This document shows positions 20,471-31,088 of a DNA stretch of 64,000 nt, in pieces. The notes beneath the pieces are model-generated. The model was given only the letters and a program-made list of their open reading frames with translations. It was not told the origin of the DNA and did not search any database. Within the stretch, counting starts at the first letter, position 1, and each line of letters opens with the position of its first letter. This DNA is from Candidatus Poribacteria bacterium. GTDB lineage: Bacteria > Poribacteria > WGA-4E > PCPOR2b. The position numbers and the translations under genes were made by a program. The stretch covers positions 1,440,001-1,504,000 of the forward strand of contig OZ244042.1 of assembly GCA_965215015.1 (NCBI GenBank), written 5' to 3'.

Positions 20471-20723
20471 TAGGACTTACGCAGTTGAATGCTCAAAGGC
20501 CCGATGTTGTTGCGTTGGAATAACGCTTACAACATCGGGGATTCACGGTTATGTAAGGTTTCTAAATCGGAAACCAGCAGAACGGGAACCTGTAATTCGG
20601 TGATTCATCTCCGCACAATATAACTCACGACGCCCGATGAATCGGGCAATTACAGCAAGGACTCCATCAGGAAGCTCGTAGGGAACAACTATCGGTGTTC
20701 CCTACTGAAGTGCGTAGGTACCA
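20471..20723. mobile_element. Possible MITE-like element with nested palindromes
   Basis: Imperfect inverted ends TAGGACTTACGCAGTT / AAGTGCGTAGGTACCA; internal hairpin GTAGGGAACA..TGTTCCCTAC. Confidence 0.4.
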
Positions 20724-20724
20724 A

Positions 20725-21618
20725 TTAATTCGCTTCTCTCGTAGTTTGAGAATACTCGACAGCGAATGCAATCATCGCTTCTGCGACCTTGATTCCCGTA
20801 ACCGCTTCGATTTCTTCAAATCCCGGCGAGGGATTGACCTCTAACACCATTGGGCCCGCTAGCGTCTCCAACAGATCTACCCCCGCAATATCCAATTCCA
20901 TTACCGCCGCAGCTTGGATTGCTGTGGCACTATATTCACTGTGAAGCTCAATAGGATGTCCCTGTCCGCCACGATGGATGTTTGATCGAAACTCGCCTTC
21001 TTGTGCCGTTCTTCTCATGGCGGCAACAACCTTTCCGCCGATCACAATCACCCGCACATCATTCCCCGCCGATTCTGCGATAAAGGGTTGGATGACATAA
21101 TCTTGGTGAAGATTGCACATTGCGTCAATCGCTGATTTGAGCGATGTTGGAGTATCGAGCAATAAGATTGCGTTGCCGTGAGTGCCTTCAAAAGGCTTCA
21201 TTATAAAAGGGTATTCGCCGATCTGATGCACAGATCTATCCACGTAACGAGCTGAACCCGCAGCAAAACTGGGCGGGACAGGCAGACCATGCTGGGCAAG
21301 GATGCGGAGGGCACGGAATTTATTTCGGGCGTTTGCAATCGCGTATGATCGATTGATTACTGGAGTATCGGTCCATTCAAAATGTTCCACTACCTCCTCG
21401 CCGTATTGCGCTGTCGCCGCGCTTAAACGTGGGAGCACGACACCGAAATCTGCTGCGGAGGTTCCTTCGTAGTAAATACGTGCCCCTGAACCACCGATAT
21501 GCAGATAAAATCCGAATGGATTAAGAACTTTTGGTGTGTGCCCGACTGCGAGGGAAGCTTCAACCAATCGTCGGGTGGCGTGGTTTTGCGTGCCGAGGGA
21601 GATGATGCCAATTTTCAT
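20725..21618 (-). CDS. rimK: RimK family ATP-grasp alpha-L-glutamate ligase
   Basis: ARNKFR, KPFEGTHG, QPFIAES..DVRVIVIG, FRSNIHRGG, GVDLL, LEVNPSPG. Confidence 0.85.
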   Translation of the reverse strand: MKIGIISLGTQNHATRRLVEASLAVGHTPKVLNPFGFYLHIGGSGARIYYEGTSAADFGVVLPRLSAATAQYGEEVVEHFEWTDTPVINRSYAIANARNKFRALRILAQHGLPVPPSFAAGSARYVDRSVHQIGEYPFIMKPFEGTHGNAILLLDTPTSLKSAIDAMCNLHQDYVIQPFIAESAGNDVRVIVIGGKVVAAMRRTAQEGEFRSNIHRGGQGHPIELHSEYSATAIQAAAVMELDIAGVDLLETLAGPMVLEVNPSPGFEEIEAVTGIKVAEAMIAFAVEYSQTTREAN

Positions 21619-21723
21619 TCTAGTATAGATTCAAGTTCCGATTGCGTTGCCTCAACACTTTGACCGGGATGTATGGTGTTTTCTGCAATGTCCAAACAAG
21701 CAAACAGAGCCGAAGGCTATCTG

Positions 21724-22758
21724 CTAAATGCCTACTTGCTGATCTCCCAAAAACACTTCGAGTTCCTCAATGGTGTTAAAAATCCGTTCACACAGATGTT
21801 CAAAAAATGGGCTGCGTGCATGGGAGTATACGGCATAAACCGGTTTGTTATAGCGGGAAGCAAAGTTCATCTCACTTAAGACACCGGGAGAAAGCTTATC
21901 AGTTGGATAGATAACTATAATAAAATCGCTCTGGTGAATAAATTGGTAATCTCTGGAAATGGTGCGTGTTTTAATCTGCACACTGAAATCCCGATCGATA
22001 TCACTGACAGTTGTGATTTCACTGTCAGCTGTCTCCTCCTGAGAGGATTCCGAGGAATGGATCAGGCCCATATCCTCGATGTCGAGTGGATCAAATATGA
22101 TAAAGTCTTTCCGCATCTCTGAACCAAATGCGCGGATGCTTTCAATCTGATTCGGCACCTCTTGGCGTATAAGCGTGATCGGATAGCTCAAGTAAAATTT
22201 CTTCTTTTTTGAAAAAAGCAGGTCATAGAAGTTTTCCAGATTATGCTGCCGAGCGACGGTATAGTGAGACTGTCCTTTGAGGTTAGCGAGTTGTTTGGTT
22301 AGAAATTCTTCTTCATCGAGCCAGACATTGATTTCGTCGCGTCGCATGCCTGTCCACTGCGGATTATCCTCCATACGTTGAGCGATGTCCGCAAGATTGT
22401 CCACCACATTGATAAACACATCAGCCGGCAAGCTCTCCATATCTCGAAACGAGATGCCTTCAACCAGTTTTCCATTCCACCGGAAGCAAGCGTGCAAACC
22501 GACAAAGGTATGCTCATAGTCATGCGCGGTATTGGCAATCTCGTAGAAAGCCGATTGGCGTGATAACGAGAGGACAGCGGGGTCAGAATCGAGCACTTTG
22601 TCTGTGAATTTAACTCCAGATGCTGCAGCCGCGCTGTACATAAAATCTCCGACGTTGAAAAACCCAATCCGCATCCCTTTATCCCGGCAGAGTGCTTCAA
22701 ACTCCTGCATCAGTTCCTTTCTGCCTGAACAACTGATTCCTGTGCAGATGATATTCAT
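21724..22758 (-). CDS. P-loop (archaeal adenylate-kinase-like) domain fused to nucleoside 2-deoxyribosyltransferase-like domain
   Basis: TGISCSGRK and NVGDFM at the N-terminus; FYLSYP..FDP..RDYQFIHQSD..SPGVLSEMNFA..KPVY at the C-terminus. Confidence 0.65.
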   Translation of the reverse strand: MNIICTGISCSGRKELMQEFEALCRDKGMRIGFFNVGDFMYSAAAASGVKFTDKVLDSDPAVLSLSRQSAFYEIANTAHDYEHTFVGLHACFRWNGKLVEGISFRDMESLPADVFINVVDNLADIAQRMEDNPQWTGMRRDEINVWLDEEEFLTKQLANLKGQSHYTVARQHNLENFYDLLFSKKKKFYLSYPITLIRQEVPNQIESIRAFGSEMRKDFIIFDPLDIEDMGLIHSSESSQEETADSEITTVSDIDRDFSVQIKTRTISRDYQFIHQSDFIIVIYPTDKLSPGVLSEMNFASRYNKPVYAVYSHARSPFFEHLCERIFNTIEELEVFLGDQQVGI

Positions 22759-22820
22759 AGGAATGCTCCGGTTTGGGTGGGCACATCTGAGTTTGTTTAG
22801 CTAGCGCACCTGATTTATAC

Positions 22821-23960
22821 TTAGAATCGTAGAAGGAGGGAGATTCGGTGAGCGTTGCCGACACCTTGGTCTGGAACAAAGGCATAGTCAAACTGAAAAT
22901 TGACGTTTTCGAGAGAAGCCTCCCCAATTCGACGTAGTCCAAACCCAGCCGTTAACCCATTTTTGGGATTTTCTCCTTGGCTAAAGCTGTATCCAACGCG
23001 AAGGGCAAGCATACTATAAAACCAATTCTCTGCGCCCAAATGGAAGGTTGGAAATCCAGCAACAATCGGATAGTTGACATCGGCTGCCAATGCGAAAAGG
23101 TCTCGCGGTATTCTCGGACTGTTAGCATTAGACTTGGTGCGGATGTGGTAAGCGATGCCACCACGCACATTCATCGGCAGGTTTTCTTCTGTATCTAGAA
23201 AACCCAGGTTTTGTGCTGCGATCCCCATGCCGAGCCTGTTGTCTAGGATTTGTAAAAGCATTCCAACATCAACGGCAGCACCAATTGAATCCTCAACATC
23301 AAGTTGCTGAGAAATTGTTTTCGCTGTTGCCCCAACCGACAATCCTGGGGATAAAATATGTGCGATAGATAATCCTGCAGCAAAACCACCAACCGTGGCA
23401 GTGCTATCAGGTTCCTCTGTCGCCCGGCGACGGCGTTCAATCTCTGTAAACGCACCGAGGAAGCTTGCGCCCCAGGTGCTTTTGCCACTGAAGCGTTGTG
23501 CATAACCGAGAAATTGGTTACTGATATCCGCAATCGAGAAGTTCTGCATTGCAGTAAATTGGCGTTGGCCCACCGCTGTCAAGCCAGCAGGATTCCAATA
23601 TATTGTGTTGACATCATTAGCCAAGCCTGCGAATGCGCCTCCCATCCCAGCGGGGCGGCTGCCTGCTTCAATTTTAAGGAATGCAGCACCCACTGTACCG
23701 GCATCCTCGTGAATGTCCGCAGCAAAAGCGGGAAAAGCAATGATTGCAAAAAATACTGTCAGAATCAGGATTTTAGGATTACAAAAGCTCTCGTCTTTTA
23801 ATCTTATTAATCCTTTAATCCTGATTAATTCCTGTTTTGGGGGCATCTGTTTCTCCAATTCTTTGATTTGGTTCATAAATGAATACCTGAACTTTTGACA
23901 TATATTCAAAAAAAGGGGGTGCTCATACCTATTCAACCACGACAAGCTTTCCGACCGCAT
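22821..23960 (-). CDS. PorV/PorQ (UPF0164)-like outer membrane beta-barrel; true start probably downstream (23876 or later)
   Basis: Signal peptide ..AFPAFA; AFLKIEAGSRPAGMGGAF, YWNPAGL, ALRVGY, DYAF..HRISL and terminal Phe. Confidence 0.85.
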   Translation of the reverse strand: MRSESLSWLNRYEHPLFLNICQKFRYSFMNQIKELEKQMPPKQELIRIKGLIRLKDESFCNPKILILTVFFAIIAFPAFAADIHEDAGTVGAAFLKIEAGSRPAGMGGAFAGLANDVNTIYWNPAGLTAVGQRQFTAMQNFSIADISNQFLGYAQRFSGKSTWGASFLGAFTEIERRRRATEEPDSTATVGGFAAGLSIAHILSPGLSVGATAKTISQQLDVEDSIGAAVDVGMLLQILDNRLGMGIAAQNLGFLDTEENLPMNVRGGIAYHIRTKSNANSPRIPRDLFALAADVNYPIVAGFPTFHLGAENWFYSMLALRVGYSFSQGENPKNGLTAGFGLRRIGEASLENVNFQFDYAFVPDQGVGNAHRISLLLRF

Positions 23961-26900
23961 TGGTGCGGTTACTCGTCACCACATCCTCTGCTTCCAAGCG
24001 GAAGATATAGATTCCACGAGCAACATCAGTGCCGGACTGATTGGTCAAATCCCACATCACTTCACTGTCGATCCTACCAGGGCTCAGGTCTCTATATTCC
24101 TTTTCGTATACCAAGTCGCCTGCAAAATCATAGATACTTAGGACAATCCGCGCACCTTCCCCACCGGGAACGTTGACTTCAAAGGAGAAATGGGCAGTTT
24201 CACCGTTTGAACGTCTTGAGAGACTGAGTGGGTTGGGCCAAACATATGTCGGACCTTTGAAGATAAGTGACACTGAGAAATTGACAGTCACAGCATCGTA
24301 AATACCGGTATTACCGGCGCGATCGGTGACGCGAACATCTAGGTTGTATTCACCAGACTGAGAAGGCAGAAAATCGATTGACCAGCGACTCCAAGGATCT
24401 TCCTCCTCTTCACTGTCATCTTTTGCAGCAACCGGATCAATCAGTAGACCATCGGGCCCAGTACCGACAATTTCGACCAGCGCGACTTCAGAGGCAGGAA
24501 TATCGTTCTCTGATGGGTCCCGCGCAGTGCCTTGTAGGGGCAACGGTTCATCTTCAAAAGTTGTTTCCCCAACTAAATCCGTCAACTCAACAACCGGCTT
24601 TGTAGTTTCAAAGAGGAACTGCGTCGTGACCGAATCGGTCGGTTGGAAGCCAAGATTTGCAACATCCAAACCGACACTGGTAATGGTCACCTGATAAAGT
24701 CCCTGTTCATTGAGCGGGCCGGATTTGAAGCGGATGCTGTCAGTACCGTTCTGCGTCGTGGTCCCGGGGATAACCTCTCCAGAAGGGGAACGCACGACAA
24801 TCGAAGAATTGACCAAATCGGCTCCAAGGCCGGAGCTGCCATCGGGATTGACATCAGAGAACTTTGCATCAATGGTGATGCTGCCGCTTTTATTAGTTGC
24901 CGAAGGATAATACGGATCGTTTAAGTCAGTCAGTAAGGGTTGGCCATCAATGAACAACGAACCAGTGTCAATCGCCGGCGGGCGCGTGTCGTAGAAAAAG
25001 AGGTACTCAACGGCTTCGGTGGCGTTACCCGCACGGTCCTTCGGGGTAATTGTCAGTAGATATATACCATCTTGACTCCCATCGCTAGCGAGGGGCATTA
25101 TCAGGCTTAACAAAAGCACCTGTTCTTCATCGGTAGAAAGCGTTCCATCAAGCTTGCGTTTCCGCCTAACATCATCAAGCGTAATCCATGCCCCATCAAG
25201 GTTATCCCAATCGACTCCCGAACTTGGTTCGTCATCGGTGATAAGCGCACCGACCGAAATCAGCGAATTATTGACACCCGGTTCCGCAACGATCAATTGA
25301 ATTGAGGTTGGCTCCACTTCAGGTGCAACAGTGTCATAGACGAAGGTAAACTGCTCGGGCACTCCCTGCCGTCCCGCACTATTGACAGGGACTACTACAA
25401 TAGTATAAGTACCATCATCGGAGCCATCGGTAGCGAGTTGCCGCAAAAGTCGATAAATCAACATTCTTCCCTGACGCACCTGTTGTCCGGGGACGGTTGT
25501 GCCATCGGGGGCAAGCAATGCAATTGTAGAACGGTTCGCCGCCCCATCGTCCGATTGAAGCTCAACTGTGACCTGACGGAGCGGTTCATTTGTAAATGCT
25601 TCTTCCGCAGGCGTAGTTTTTGGAACGGTTGAAAGGACAACCGGCATACCGGATGAAAAGGTGAACTGTGTCTCAAACGGGGCGTTTGATCCGTTGCCTG
25701 CGCGATCGATTGCCTCCACACGGATTGTATAATTGCCATCTGCGACAAGACCGTTAATTTGCAATGTCAGTCTTTGATTTCCATCGTTGCTCTGTACGCC
25801 GTTAATTGGGGCTCCGGTTGGATCCAACACCGTCAACGCCGACGCAGCAAAGTCAATGCCGCTATCGCCAGAATCATTCAGACGCGCTGTAATCAACGTA
25901 ATATCATCACTGCGGAGGTCCCCATCGGTTGGATCGGTGCTAATAAGTATGGGTGCTTGGGTATCGTAAACAAGCTGATGCGAAAGCAGGTTAAGGTTAC
26001 CAGCTTTATCCGTCAAATCTAGACTAATGGTGTACACTCCATCATCACTTCCATCGGCTGTAAGGGGCTGTGAAAGCGTCAGAAAAATTTGGGCTTCCCC
26101 ATCATCGGATTGAATCGCTGGAACCACATTCCCCCCAGCATCGCGAAGTTGAAGGCGTTGATCTTCAACCTCCAAACCCGCCGGCCCCAAATCTTCAACC
26201 TGAGCGGCGATTTGGATAATCTGCTGACCGATATAGGATAGTGGTTGCGTCAGATCGATTGGCGTTACCGAAGCCACTTCAGGCTCTTGTGTATCAAGCG
26301 TAAATTGATACCGAGCAGGTATGCCCAATCTGCCGCCACTATTGACAGGTGTAACCGTCACGGTGTAAATACCATCTGCTGAACCATCTGTGGCGAGCTG
26401 TAGCGGACGCCACACAATCTGGTTCTTTCCACGCGAGGTCTGAACTCCTTCAACCTCACCAAAGGGGCCTGTTACGGCGATTGTCGAACCATCCGATGTC
26501 AAATTCAAACCGGGGGCACTGACATCTTCAAGCGTTGCAATGATTTCATCCAAGCGGTTCACAAATTCGGCCGGCACCATTCGACCACCAATTGTCACAG
26601 CAGAAACAGTACTGTACCCAAGCTCCAAACCGAATTCGTACTCAATGGCGTGGCTTGAGACATTGCCTGCCATGTCCCGCGGTGTAATTTCGAGTGTGTA
26701 AGTCCCCGGCTGATACAGCGACGCAAAGCTGACAATAATGGTATCGACCCCATCATCGCGGGTATTAATGCTGAGGGGTGTCTGCCCCGGACCAAGCAAT
26801 TGGGCACCGGTGCCAACCAGATCTATTCCGCTCACAGGTGTCGTTTCACCATTCGCATCAGAAAGCTTAATGGTCAATCCATTAAACGAGCTCTCAATAA

Positions 26901-29900
26901 CTGTCAATCCATTTGATGGGATAACTGTCGGTGGATTAGTGTCGGCCGTTACGGAAACGACCGTTGGGATAAGTGTGTCGTAGACGAATATGTGTTCAAC
27001 ATCTGCACGGTTCCCCACTTTATCGACAAGGGACAGTTGGATGGTGTATTCGCCATCCAACGAACCGTCCCGTGATAACGGCTGGTTTAGTTCCCAAGTA
27101 ATTAATGATTGCGCTTCCTCTACCGTTTGATGACCGGGAATTGTTGATTGGTCTGGAGCTTTTAAGAAAATTGTCGCACGATCAAAATCAATGCCTTCAC
27201 CGCTGTGGTCTTGCAATGTCGCACTGACTTCGGTGAGTTGGGTAACGGCTGCAAATTCAGCCGGTGTTGTGGAAATAATCTCCGGTTTACGCGTACCGTA
27301 GAAAAATTGAAATTCAGCTGGACTTGTAAGCGTGTTATCCGCTAAATCTGTGGGAGTCACTTGAACCCGATAGACCCCATCGTCGGAACCATCGGCACGG
27401 AACGGATTGAATGAAAGAAAAATTGTATCTGTCCCATTATCAGTTTGGTTTGAGCCAACCGGCGTTCCTTCAGGGCCGATGAGGCTTAGGGTCGTTCGCA
27501 AAACATCCATACCGCTGCCCGCTCCATCAGAGAATCCTACCGTAATCCGATTAATTGGGGACGTAATCAATTGAGTTTCCACTCCGGACAGTTCTATGAG
27601 CGTCCCATCGCTCTGTGTGACGAGGGGGGGATGGATAGTAGGTGCTTGTGTGTCGTAGCGTAGCACAAAGGTATCTTCTTCCACGTACCCAGCTTTGTCG
27701 ACAGCACTGACACGGAGCGAATACAGACCATCAAAGTTGCCCTCGCGAGTAAGTGGGGTTGCCAATTCCCAACCAATTATTGCTTCTTCGTCGTGATATG
27801 GTGTGCCGGGGACTACCTCACCTGCGGCATTCAGCAACTGAATTAACGACCGATCAAAATCAATGCCGGTGCCAACATCACTGACAGTCGCTTCCACCCG
27901 CGTCAGAAATTCACTCACATTGGAGACGGTCGCGGTCAATTCAATGTGACTCACGGCTTGGATGGTCGGTTCTTCGGCATCGTAAATAAATCGTTGTGGG
28001 ATACTGTGGTTGCCTGCTCGGTCCACCAGCGTAACGACAAGGGCATACATACCCCCCTCTGGAAGTATCTCAGAGCGGAACGTGAACCTACTGATACCAT
28101 CGTCCGTTTGTGCACCGTCAATCCTAGCGTTGTTAGCATCAAACAGTTCAAAGGTCGATGCGGCAGCGTCAAATCCACTTCCCTGTACACCTTCAAAATG
28201 GTCAGTCACTTCAAGGTCAACTTCAATTCGCTCTGTGGTAAGTGGGTTCGCAATCCGCGGACGGGAAGCCGCGGTAATCGCTGGGGGCTGGCTGTCGAAA
28301 GTCAGAATAAAATCTTCCGTGAACGCTTCACCGATGAGATCTGTATATTGAACGGTGACAGTGTATTGGCCATCTGTTGAACCGTCTCGGGAAAGGGGCC
28401 TGTCAACTGACCAGATGAGACGGGCATTCTGCTCATCTACTGTCACGGGTTTCGCTTCCACAACTGCCCCATTTCTGCTGACCGTTACCGTTGATTTTGA
28501 TTCGGAAAAATCAAGCCCAGGGCCGATGTAGTTGAACAGTTGTGCATCAATTGTAGTTAGGACATTGATTCGGGTTTCGGTGGGCGTATTCAAACGGATT
28601 TCCGGCATCCTCGATGCGACGAAAAATTGACGGCGAGCGATCGCCCTGGCATTGTTGGCACCGTCTACGGGAGTGATTTCAATGGTGTATTCACCGTCCT
28701 CCGAACCGTCGATTGCTAGTGCCTCTGTCAATGTTACAAAAACTGTGTCTCTACCGTTATTGCGTGCCTCCGCATTCACTTCACTTCCATCAGCACGGAG
28801 CACCCTCACACCGGTCGCAGAAAAATTAATCCCACTGACGGCATTCAGGACAACCGACACTTGTGAGAGGGCGGAAACGGTTTCGTTTTGAGCAGGATTT
28901 GTCGAAACGATGGCAGGAACTTGCGTATCGTACGCAAACTCAAAGTTCTCCGTTTGAGAATTGCTCGCCTTATCCGTCAATCTAACTCGAATGCGATAAA
29001 TGCCGTCCTGGCTCCCATTGTGGTGCTCCAGCGGTTGGGTCAGTCGAAATTGTAGTGTGTCATTATCCTCATCAGGCGTTAGAGTCCCCTGAACTGGAAT
29101 TGGCGTAACGCTAAGGTTACTCTCGAAACGAACCATTCCAATCGTTGTTGCACTAAAATCAATGCCACTGCCACTTTCATCGTTGAAAGTAGCTGTCACC
29201 ACGGATAGAGAACTATTTAGGAAGGTTTTTGCCCCCACCGAAGGGTTTAGTTGAACTCCCGTCTCTGAGGTCAGTGAAACTAACTCAGGGGCTTGGGTAT
29301 CGTAGGTGAAAGGAATCTGAATCTCAACCACATTCCCCGCACGATCTCGAGACTGCACTGCGATAGTGTAATCCCCATCGTCAGAACCATCCGTCGCAAG
29401 CGGTGCCCCCAGTGTCCAGCGAATCCTGTTTGCGCCGAATTGACGTTGGCTCCCAGCTACTACGGCTCCTCCCAGACCATTCAAGCGAATCGTCGAAGCA
29501 CTAAAGTTCACTCTAGAGTCTATGTTATCCGCCAAGGTCGCCTCAACAAAAGTGAATTTTGTGTTGGTACTTGCATCGGAGATCAACTCACCGTCATCGG
29601 TTGCAATGCTTGTTATCGTCGGTGCAATGTTATCAAAGGTGAAACTGACTTTATCTCGGACGATATTACCGGCTTTGTCTGCGCCAGAAACACTAATCGT
29701 GTAAACGCCGTTCTCGTCGCTGGAATCAAGCCCTCGATCGAGCGTCAGCACTATGCGACTTGCATCTTCATCATGAATGAGAATGCCATTAATCTGTGCA
29801 CCGCGCGTATTTTCTAAGATAATCTTGGTGAAGATTGAACGAAAATCAATAGGACTGCCATTCCCCGCGTCGAATATCGCCTCAACCTGCTCAACGGGTG

Positions 29901-30864
29901 TGTTCTGAAACGAATTCCGATTCGGCGTTATCTCGGAAATGGTTGGAGACTCTGTGTCAATTTGGAAAGTACCAATTCCAAAAGTCCCCACGTTGCCCCC
30001 CTTGTCGCTGCCATGCAGTTGGACGATGTAGGGACCGTCCCTTAGCAGCGTACCCAAACCATCACTTCCTATCCAAGTAAATGAGTGGGTACCTTCCGTA
30101 AGTCCGATCAGAGGAACTGCCGGCTGATCGGACGGATCGATAAATTTCAATTCAAGCTCCGCTAAATCCTCGGAAAGCCCGTAGCGGACCTGTGTTGCAT
30201 CCCTGATGGAGTCTCCATTCGGCGATAAATCATGTTGGGACACAGTAGCTGATAGCTGCGGGAGCGTATTGTCAATTACCGCTAAAAACTCACGTGCAGC
30301 GTACCCCGTCTCCGCACTACTCACGCTGTCATTGGGAATACCGTCAATTTCGATTTTAATCCGATACCTTCCATCATTAAGCAGGCGTGGACTTTTCTCT
30401 TCCTGATCGCTTGAAAAATCATTTCCGTCCCACGCCTTGCGGACGGCTCTTGGATCGTCCTCCGCATCAATACCCGCACCGAGTTCACCCATTATGACCC
30501 AATCTTCTTCAGGATTAAATCGGCCATCAGGTGTACCAATCCCACTTGGGCCGTGTGTATCAATGATAATACGGTAATCACCGAGCCCACCATCGCTAAC
30601 AAAGCTGATAAGGAGCGTATCTTGTACACCATCCCCATTTGGGCTAAAAACAGTATCTTCATTGATGTCATCAATCACCTGCGGCGGGGTTTGAAAGCGT
30701 AGTGCCCAAACGAGCGATTCGCCTTGCATAAAGAAGAAGGATGGGAAAAATTGGAACAAAAGAATAAGGATGAATAAACAGCACCCGTTTTTAGAAAATA
30801 GTGTAGAAAGAGCTTGTTTTTTCGGATATAGATGGTGTTGTTTTGCAGTTTTGATAATTCGCAC
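23929..30864 (-). CDS. Giant Ig-like repeat surface protein with FlgD/T9SS-type C-terminal domain
   Basis: Signal peptide; two SPNGD modules; about 16-17 repeats of ~110-120 aa with SGIDF..DGSxDGxY..DxAGN..YDT; C-terminal WPNP..IYDFAGDLV..WD..GIYIFRL. Confidence 0.88.
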   Translation of the reverse strand: MRIIKTAKQHHLYPKKQALSTLFSKNGCCLFILILLFQFFPSFFFMQGESLVWALRFQTPPQVIDDINEDTVFSPNGDGVQDTLLISFVSDGGLGDYRIIIDTHGPSGIGTPDGRFNPEEDWVIMGELGAGIDAEDDPRAVRKAWDGNDFSSDQEEKSPRLLNDGRYRIKIEIDGIPNDSVSSAETGYAAREFLAVIDNTLPQLSATVSQHDLSPNGDSIRDATQVRYGLSEDLAELELKFIDPSDQPAVPLIGLTEGTHSFTWIGSDGLGTLLRDGPYIVQLHGSDKGGNVGTFGIGTFQIDTESPTISEITPNRNSFQNTPVEQVEAIFDAGNGSPIDFRSIFTKIILENTRGAQINGILIHDEDASRIVLTLDRGLDSSDENGVYTISVSGADKAGNIVRDKVSFTFDNIAPTITSIATDDGELISDASTNTKFTFVEATLADNIDSRVNFSASTIRLNGLGGAVVAGSQRQFGANRIRWTLGAPLATDGSDDGDYTIAVQSRDRAGNVVEIQIPFTYDTQAPELVSLTSETGVQLNPSVGAKTFLNSSLSVVTATFNDESGSGIDFSATTIGMVRFESNLSVTPIPVQGTLTPDEDNDTLQFRLTQPLEHHNGSQDGIYRIRVRLTDKASNSQTENFEFAYDTQVPAIVSTNPAQNETVSALSQVSVVLNAVSGINFSATGVRVLRADGSEVNAEARNNGRDTVFVTLTEALAIDGSEDGEYTIEITPVDGANNARAIARRQFFVASRMPEIRLNTPTETRINVLTTIDAQLFNYIGPGLDFSESKSTVTVSRNGAVVEAKPVTVDEQNARLIWSVDRPLSRDGSTDGQYTVTVQYTDLIGEAFTEDFILTFDSQPPAITAASRPRIANPLTTERIEVDLEVTDHFEGVQGSGFDAAASTFELFDANNARIDGAQTDDGISRFTFRSEILPEGGMYALVVTLVDRAGNHSIPQRFIYDAEEPTIQAVSHIELTATVSNVSEFLTRVEATVSDVGTGIDFDRSLIQLLNAAGEVVPGTPYHDEEAIIGWELATPLTREGNFDGLYSLRVSAVDKAGYVEEDTFVLRYDTQAPTIHPPLVTQSDGTLIELSGVETQLITSPINRITVGFSDGAGSGMDVLRTTLSLIGPEGTPVGSNQTDNGTDTIFLSFNPFRADGSDDGVYRVQVTPTDLADNTLTSPAEFQFFYGTRKPEIISTTPAEFAAVTQLTEVSATLQDHSGEGIDFDRATIFLKAPDQSTIPGHQTVEEAQSLITWELNQPLSRDGSLDGEYTIQLSLVDKVGNRADVEHIFVYDTLIPTVVSVTADTNPPTVIPSNGLTVIESSFNGLTIKLSDANGETTPVSGIDLVGTGAQLLGPGQTPLSINTRDDGVDTIIVSFASLYQPGTYTLEITPRDMAGNVSSHAIEYEFGLELGYSTVSAVTIGGRMVPAEFVNRLDEIIATLEDVSAPGLNLTSDGSTIAVTGPFGEVEGVQTSRGKNQIVWRPLQLATDGSADGIYTVTVTPVNSGGRLGIPARYQFTLDTQEPEVASVTPIDLTQPLSYIGQQIIQIAAQVEDLGPAGLEVEDQRLQLRDAGGNVVPAIQSDDGEAQIFLTLSQPLTADGSDDGVYTISLDLTDKAGNLNLLSHQLVYDTQAPILISTDPTDGDLRSDDITLITARLNDSGDSGIDFAASALTVLDPTGAPINGVQSNDGNQRLTLQINGLVADGNYTIRVEAIDRAGNGSNAPFETQFTFSSGMPVVLSTVPKTTPAEEAFTNEPLRQVTVELQSDDGAANRSTIALLAPDGTTVPGQQVRQGRMLIYRLLRQLATDGSDDGTYTIVVVPVNSAGRQGVPEQFTFVYDTVAPEVEPTSIQLIVAEPGVNNSLISVGALITDDEPSSGVDWDNLDGAWITLDDVRRKRKLDGTLSTDEEQVLLLSLIMPLASDGSQDGIYLLTITPKDRAGNATEAVEYLFFYDTRPPAIDTGSLFIDGQPLLTDLNDPYYPSATNKSGSITIDAKFSDVNPDGSSGLGADLVNSSIVVRSPSGEVIPGTTTQNGTDSIRFKSGPLNEQGLYQVTITSVGLDVANLGFQPTDSVTTQFLFETTKPVVELTDLVGETTFEDEPLPLQGTARDPSENDIPASEVALVEIVGTGPDGLLIDPVAAKDDSEEEEDPWSRWSIDFLPSQSGEYNLDVRVTDRAGNTGIYDAVTVNFSVSLIFKGPTYVWPNPLSLSRRSNGETAHFSFEVNVPGGEGARIVLSIYDFAGDLVYEKEYRDLSPGRIDSEVMWDLTNQSGTDVARGIYIFRLEAEDVVTSNRTNAVGKLVVVE

Positions 30865-31088
30865 GCATTTCCCCCTACGATTGCTTGAATATTATTTTTA
30901 GAAATCTTTTTGACATTTCAGACAGAGGACGATTAACCGGTCAACTCACCAACAACGGAACACAAATTGATTCATTAGACTCGATCTGTGTTAGACGCAA
31001 AAATATCAGTTTGGTTGAGAGATTGGCTAGACCATGGAAAGGCGATTGTTTTAGGGTGGGTAAGTTTAGATTTGACACCCTTGGAACG

